Assembly (NCBI GenBank): GCA_964480125.1
Contig: CAYZNV010000003.1
Span: 3,201-67,200, forward strand
From: an uncultured archaeon
GTDB lineage: Archaea; Iainarchaeota; Iainarchaeia; Iainarchaeales; VGJJ01
DNA: 64,000 nucleotides
Direction: 5' to 3'
The translations under genes were made by a program, and so were the position numbers. The notes beneath the pieces are model-generated. The model did no database searches. It was given only the letters and a program-made list of their open reading frames with translations, and was not told where the DNA came from. Positions 59,477 through 64,000 of the stretch are shown here, in pieces; position 1 is the first letter of the stretch, and every line of letters begins with the position of its first letter.

Positions 59477-62089
59477 ATGATTACGCACCTCACGCAAAAA
59501 TACCCCGAAAAAGAAGTCTATGCGGCGCTACATCCCTTGCTCGGGGCCTACTTCAAGCACCACTTCAAGGGATTCACGGAGCCCCAGCTCTATTCCATTG
59601 TGAATATCCACCAGCGCCAAAACATCCTCATTTCCGCGCCCACCGGAACAGGAAAAACACTCTCTGCATTTGCAGCAGTCCTCTCCGAACTCATGACCCT
59701 TTCAGAAGCAGGAAAGCTCGAGGACAAAATTTATTGCATTTACATCTCACCTTTACGCGCACTCTCTAACGACATCGAAAAAAATCTCAATACCCCACTT
59801 GAAGAAATCAAAAAAGCAGCCGAAAAAATAGGAAAAGAATTCCCCATCCGCGTGGCGGTAAGAACAGGAGACACGACTGCCAACGAGAAAAGCAAAATGC
59901 TATCCAAACCCCCGCACATTCTCATCACTACACCTGAATCACTAGCCATCACGCTCACCGCGCCAAAGTTCTCATTAAACATGAAAGAAGCCCAATGGAT
60001 GATTGTGGATGAAATCCACGCACTGGCAGCGGGAAAGCGCGGTGTGCAGATGTCTCTTACGATGGAATCACTCCAGCGACTCGCTCCCGCGATTACGCGC
60101 ATCGGACTCTCTGCAACCGTTGCACCCCTGGATGAAGTCGCAAAATATCTCGTTGGGAATTGGCATCCTGGCACCGAGAGAGATTGCAAAGTCGTGGATA
60201 TTGCTCACATCAAAAAAATGGACTTGAAAGTACTCTCTCCATTGCCGGATTTGATCAATACTACTACCAAAAAAACACACGAAGCACTCTATCGCACGCT
60301 GGATGATTTGATTCAATCCCACAAAACAACGATTGTCTTCACCAACACCCGTGCCGCTACTGAGCGCGTGGTGCATCATCTCAAGGAGAAATCCCCCGGA
60401 ACGTATGAGGGATTCATTGGCGCACATCATTCCTCGTTATCGCGCGAGCACCGCTTGATGGTGGAGAATCAATTGAAAGAAGGAAAATTGAAGTGCTGCG
60501 TTTCCTCTACTTCACTGGAATTGGGAATCGACATCGGGTATGTGGACCTCGTCATATTGCTGGGAAGCCCCAAAGGAGTCGCACGCGCATTGCAGCGAAT
60601 CGGACGCGCCGGGCATCGATTGCACGACACGGTGAAGGGACGCATTGTGGTATTGGATCGCGATGACCTCGTGGAATGCGGCGTGCTATTGAAGAATGCA
60701 CTCGAGAAAAAAATTGATCGCGTAAATATCCCAAAGAATTGCTTAGATGTACTGGCACAACACATCTTTGGAATGGTCGTGAATGAACCAAGGGGAATCG
60801 ATGAAGTGTTTGATGAAGTGCGACGCGCCTATCCCTATACCAATCTCCCACGCGCTGATTTCCAAGAAATACTGAATTATCTCTCTGGAGTGTATGCGGG
60901 ATTAGAAGTGCGCAACGTCTATGCCAAGATATGGGTGGATGAAAAGACGGGATTGATGGGCAAGCGAGGAAAGCTCGCGCGCGTGCTGTATATGACCAAC
61001 GTGGGAACCATTCCCGACGAAGCCAAGATGACCGTGAAGATTGGAGAAAATAGAATCGGAACTCTCGATGAAGGATTCATGGAACGACTCAAGCGCGGGG
61101 ATAAGTTTGTGTTAGGAGGAAGCGTGTTCGAGTACTTGTTCGCGCGCGGAATGACCGTGCAAGCAAAACCTGCCACGGGACAACTTCCAACAGTCCCTGC
61201 ATGGTTCTCTGAAATGCTCCCTCTTTCATACGACTTGGCCATGGACATCCAAAAATTCCGCCAACTCATGGATGAAAAATTCCGCATGAAGAAGAGCAAG
61301 AAAGAAATCGTAGAGTTCGTGGACAAATATCTCTATGTGGACGCGAATGCGGCGAATGCCATTTATGAATATTTCAAAGAACAATTTGAGTATGCCGAGA
61401 TCCCCCACCATGGAAAACTCGTCATCGAAACCGTGCGCGAAGGAGACATGAGTTACTGGGTATTCCATTCCCTTTTTGGAAGAAGAGTCAACGACGCCCT
61501 TTCACGCGCCTACGCATTCTCGCTCGGAAGACTATTGCACAAGGACATCGATATCTTACTATCTGACAATGGATTCGCACTATTATTCCACGGAAAAGCC
61601 TCTCCCGAGAAACTCATGGGAGCCGTTCATTCTTGGGAGTTCCGCAAAATTCTCGAGGTCGCATTGCGTGAAAGCGAAGTCCTACGCAGACGCTTCCGCC
61701 ATTGTGCCACGCGTGCATTAATGATTTTGCGCAATTATCGCGGACGCGTCAAAAGCGTGGGAAGGCAACAGATGTCTTCACGCTTATTGCTTTCAGCAGT
61801 CATGCGACTCGATGAAAACTTTTCCGTACTACGCGAGGCACGCCGCGAGGTCATGGAAGACTTAATGGACATTACGCACGCGCACGAGATTGTAGTGGCA
61901 TTAGAACAAGGCATGATGGGGACCAAAATCATCCAACCCGAGAGCTTTACTCCCTTCGCATTTGCATTAATTGCCCAAGGACACCACGACACCGTCAAAA
62001 TGGAAGACCGCCTTGCATTCATCAAGCGCATGCACGAGAAAGTACTCCAAAAAGTCGAAGCCAAAGAGGCCAAGGCGAAAAGCAAATAG
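59477..62089 (+). CDS. lhr: Lhr-family ATP-dependent helicase
   Basis: APTGTGKT, DEIH, SAT, HHSSL, LELGID, QRIGRAGH. Confidence 0.96.
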   Translation: MITHLTQKYPEKEVYAALHPLLGAYFKHHFKGFTEPQLYSIVNIHQRQNILISAPTGTGKTLSAFAAVLSELMTLSEAGKLEDKIYCIYISPLRALSNDIEKNLNTPLEEIKKAAEKIGKEFPIRVAVRTGDTTANEKSKMLSKPPHILITTPESLAITLTAPKFSLNMKEAQWMIVDEIHALAAGKRGVQMSLTMESLQRLAPAITRIGLSATVAPLDEVAKYLVGNWHPGTERDCKVVDIAHIKKMDLKVLSPLPDLINTTTKKTHEALYRTLDDLIQSHKTTIVFTNTRAATERVVHHLKEKSPGTYEGFIGAHHSSLSREHRLMVENQLKEGKLKCCVSSTSLELGIDIGYVDLVILLGSPKGVARALQRIGRAGHRLHDTVKGRIVVLDRDDLVECGVLLKNALEKKIDRVNIPKNCLDVLAQHIFGMVVNEPRGIDEVFDEVRRAYPYTNLPRADFQEILNYLSGVYAGLEVRNVYAKIWVDEKTGLMGKRGKLARVLYMTNVGTIPDEAKMTVKIGENRIGTLDEGFMERLKRGDKFVLGGSVFEYLFARGMTVQAKPATGQLPTVPAWFSEMLPLSYDLAMDIQKFRQLMDEKFRMKKSKKEIVEFVDKYLYVDANAANAIYEYFKEQFEYAEIPHHGKLVIETVREGDMSYWVFHSLFGRRVNDALSRAYAFSLGRLLHKDIDILLSDNGFALLFHGKASPEKLMGAVHSWEFRKILEVALRESEVLRRRFRHCATRALMILRNYRGRVKSVGRQQMSSRLLLSAVMRLDENFSVLREARREVMEDLMDITHAHEIVVALEQGMMGTKIIQPESFTPFAFALIAQGHHDTVKMEDRLAFIKRMHEKVLQKVEAKEAKAKSK

Positions 62090-62125
62090 TTCCATATTAT
62101 TAACAAGAAATGAAACCGATTACTA

Positions 62126-62719
62126 ATGGCAACCAAAAGTGCTACTCGGAAAAAAGTAACGGTAATTGGAGTGCTTCATTCAACCAAAGCAGTTGGATCA
62201 CTGCAATCATTTAGAAAAGCAACAACACGATTGAGAGAAAAATATCCCAGGATGGGAGTAGAGAAAATAGTTGAACCCACTCCAAGAGGAAGTAGTATGC
62301 GAAGCGATCCAGCTTATCGCTATTTCCTTGGACAACAAAAAATTGCACAGCGAGCAAAAGTAAAATTGGAAGAAATTGAAAATCCACTCGCACACCGTAT
62401 GCGCGTCGATTTGGGAGAATCCATGCAAGCATTTGCGTATGACATGCACTCAGGCAAAAAGCATGAATTACGAGTGGGAAAGCACATTTATGGAAAATTT
62501 ACTCATGCCGAAATGAGTGAATTAGTAGATGCTATTGATTATTTCCGGTCACGCATGATGGAAAATGAAGCAAAAAAGAAAGGACTAGAAATCATGTTCG
62601 TTGGGGTGCCCCATGACAGACATATTCGCTCAAAAGGAATTAAATCAAGTGACGCACAACTATATGCAAAGTACAAAACTCTTATCTCTAAAATCTACAG
62701 GGACTTACAACGGAGCTAG
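62126..62719 (+). CDS. Orphan with TraB/TIKI-like motif order and basic N-terminus
   Basis: IGVLH, GVE, FRSRMM, VGVPH. Confidence 0.6.
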   Translation: MATKSATRKKVTVIGVLHSTKAVGSLQSFRKATTRLREKYPRMGVEKIVEPTPRGSSMRSDPAYRYFLGQQKIAQRAKVKLEEIENPLAHRMRVDLGESMQAFAYDMHSGKKHELRVGKHIYGKFTHAEMSELVDAIDYFRSRMMENEAKKKGLEIMFVGVPHDRHIRSKGIKSSDAQLYAKYKTLISKIYRDLQRS

Positions 62720-62721
62720 AA

Positions 62722-63465
62722 ATGTCTACTAATTCTCCCTTACCCATCGAACTCGCACCCGGATTCCATGCGATTGATTTGGGTCTCTATATTGCCGCGG
62801 ACGATTGCTTGGTTATTTCGGATTTGCAGCTTGGAATCGAAGAATACTACAACTCCATGGGAGTCATGCTTCCCCGCTTTAATTTTGCAGAAGTAAAAAA
62901 GCACCTCAAAAAAATATTCGAGAAAAAAATGCATTTCTCTCATATTGTGTTGGATGGAGACATCAAGCACGAGTATGCTAAAAGCTCCAACCAAGAATGG
63001 AGAGAAATCATCGAGTTGTTGGAATTACTTTCATTGCATGCCGCACACATCTCCATCGTCAAAGGCAATCATGATTTGTGGCTGGACCCCATCGCGCGCT
63101 TTGCCAAAGTCGACGTGCACAATCAAGGACTGCTCCTCGAGAAAAGCAACACCTATTTATGCCACGGGCATGAAATTCCCTCTAACTTGGAATATGAAAA
63201 CGCCACCACCATCGTGATTGGACACGATCACCCCGCAATAGAGTTACAAGAAGGCGCCAAGCGAGAAAAATTCAAGTGCTATTTAGTGGGAAAATATGGG
63301 AAGAAAAAACTCATCGTATTGCCTTCATTCAATTTCGCCGCAGTAGGAAGCGATCCTCGCGTTTCCGCGCTATCTCCTTTTCTCAAACAAAATTTAGACA
63401 GCTTCCACGCGTGGATGGTAGAAGATGAAGTGTATGCGTTTGGGAAACTCAAAGACCTGCCGTGA
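62722..63465 (+). CDS. Metallophosphoesterase (Lhr-associated type)
   Basis: SDLQLG, GDIKH, KGNHD, HGH, GHDHP, LPSF. Confidence 0.92.
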   Translation: MSTNSPLPIELAPGFHAIDLGLYIAADDCLVISDLQLGIEEYYNSMGVMLPRFNFAEVKKHLKKIFEKKMHFSHIVLDGDIKHEYAKSSNQEWREIIELLELLSLHAAHISIVKGNHDLWLDPIARFAKVDVHNQGLLLEKSNTYLCHGHEIPSNLEYENATTIVIGHDHPAIELQEGAKREKFKCYLVGKYGKKKLIVLPSFNFAAVGSDPRVSALSPFLKQNLDSFHAWMVEDEVYAFGKLKDLP

Positions 63466-63768
63466 TCAAAATCTAATACCAAGAATTTTCTTCATTAAAC
63501 TATAATCAGGCAATATCCCTTTTCGACTACATGCGCGAAAATACGCAGTCATCTGTGTTTGCTGTTTGGGAGTCACATTGTGCTTGAACTGATGCTTTGC
63601 ATACCACCCGATTGCAGAAATAAAAGCCGCATCCTCTGGAGTAGGATGGTTACGCGGGTCTGCGAAGAATGCCTTTTTTTCAGCAGGAGAACCAAATACC
63701 TTCTCATCCCATGGCATTAATTTTCCTCTACGCCGCAGTCTAGAAACGGGTTTTCGAGGACGAGGCAT
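63466..63768 (-). CDS. Small basic orphan (MPRPRKPVSRLRRRGK...)
   Basis: 100 aa ORF with TTAAA upstream; abuts the MPE stop. Confidence 0.65.
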   Translation of the reverse strand: MPRPRKPVSRLRRRGKLMPWDEKVFGSPAEKKAFFADPRNHPTPEDAAFISAIGWYAKHQFKHNVTPKQQTQMTAYFRACSRKGILPDYSLMKKILGIRF

Positions 63769-63813
63769 AGGCGGAAGAAGTAAGCGGAAGGATTTAAGGA
63801 TAGGCGAAATAAG

Positions 63814-63999
63814 CTATTTATCTTTCGAAAAATGCCTTTTGATAGGCTGTTTCCACTTGGCAATGGGATATTCCTCGAACTCAGGAAAAAGAGTCTTCTC
63901 ATACAACAAGCGCGAAAAACACTCAGCGGTGCGCTTAGCATCATCTAACGCATTATGCGCTCCCACGCGGCGAGGCAATCCAACGAACTCACAAATATC
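63814..63999 (-). CDS. 3' end of a DEDDh 3'-5' exonuclease (truncated by the window edge)
   Basis: Hand translation DICEFVGLPRRVGAHNALDDAKRTAECF...KDK*; HNALDDA is an ExoIII motif. Confidence 0.8.
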   Translation of the reverse strand, partial: DICEFVGLPRRVGAHNALDDAKRTAECFSRLLYEKTLFPEFEEYPIAKWKQPIKRHFSKDK

Positions 64000-64000
64000 A

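Overview
Gene-dense 64 kb segment of an archaeal chromosome (TFB, rpL35Ae, Dph5, NucS, archaeal-type PheRS/TyrRS, TATA boxes about 20-28 nt before many start codons). The compact layout and gene mix suggest a DPANN-type lineage, but that is inference. It carries about 75 CDS for translation, repair (PolX, DinB, Nth, NucS, Lhr-MPE, RNase HII), division/segregation (FtsZ, ScpA, ScpB), redox/metal handling and nucleotide salvage, plus tRNA-Ser(GCT) and tRNA-Leu(CAA). No transposase, integrase, rRNA or CRISPR array was seen. Highlights: (1) a dispersed two-hairpin element (UUCG-type hairpin, CGAGAA-type linker, covarying YRGGT..ACCYR hairpin), ten full copies, mostly directly after stop codons; (2) about ten basic orphan proteins with Arg/Lys-rich N-termini wedged between core genes, including a sigma-70-like protein and a TraB/TIKI-like protein; (3) an operon of two membrane-anchored fibre-like proteins with a bacterial-type signal peptidase; (4) a degenerate enolase, a Cys-to-Asp MurA homologue, and a candidate structured ncRNA beside an Lrp-type regulator. 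All family calls come from motif recognition by eye; no searches were run.
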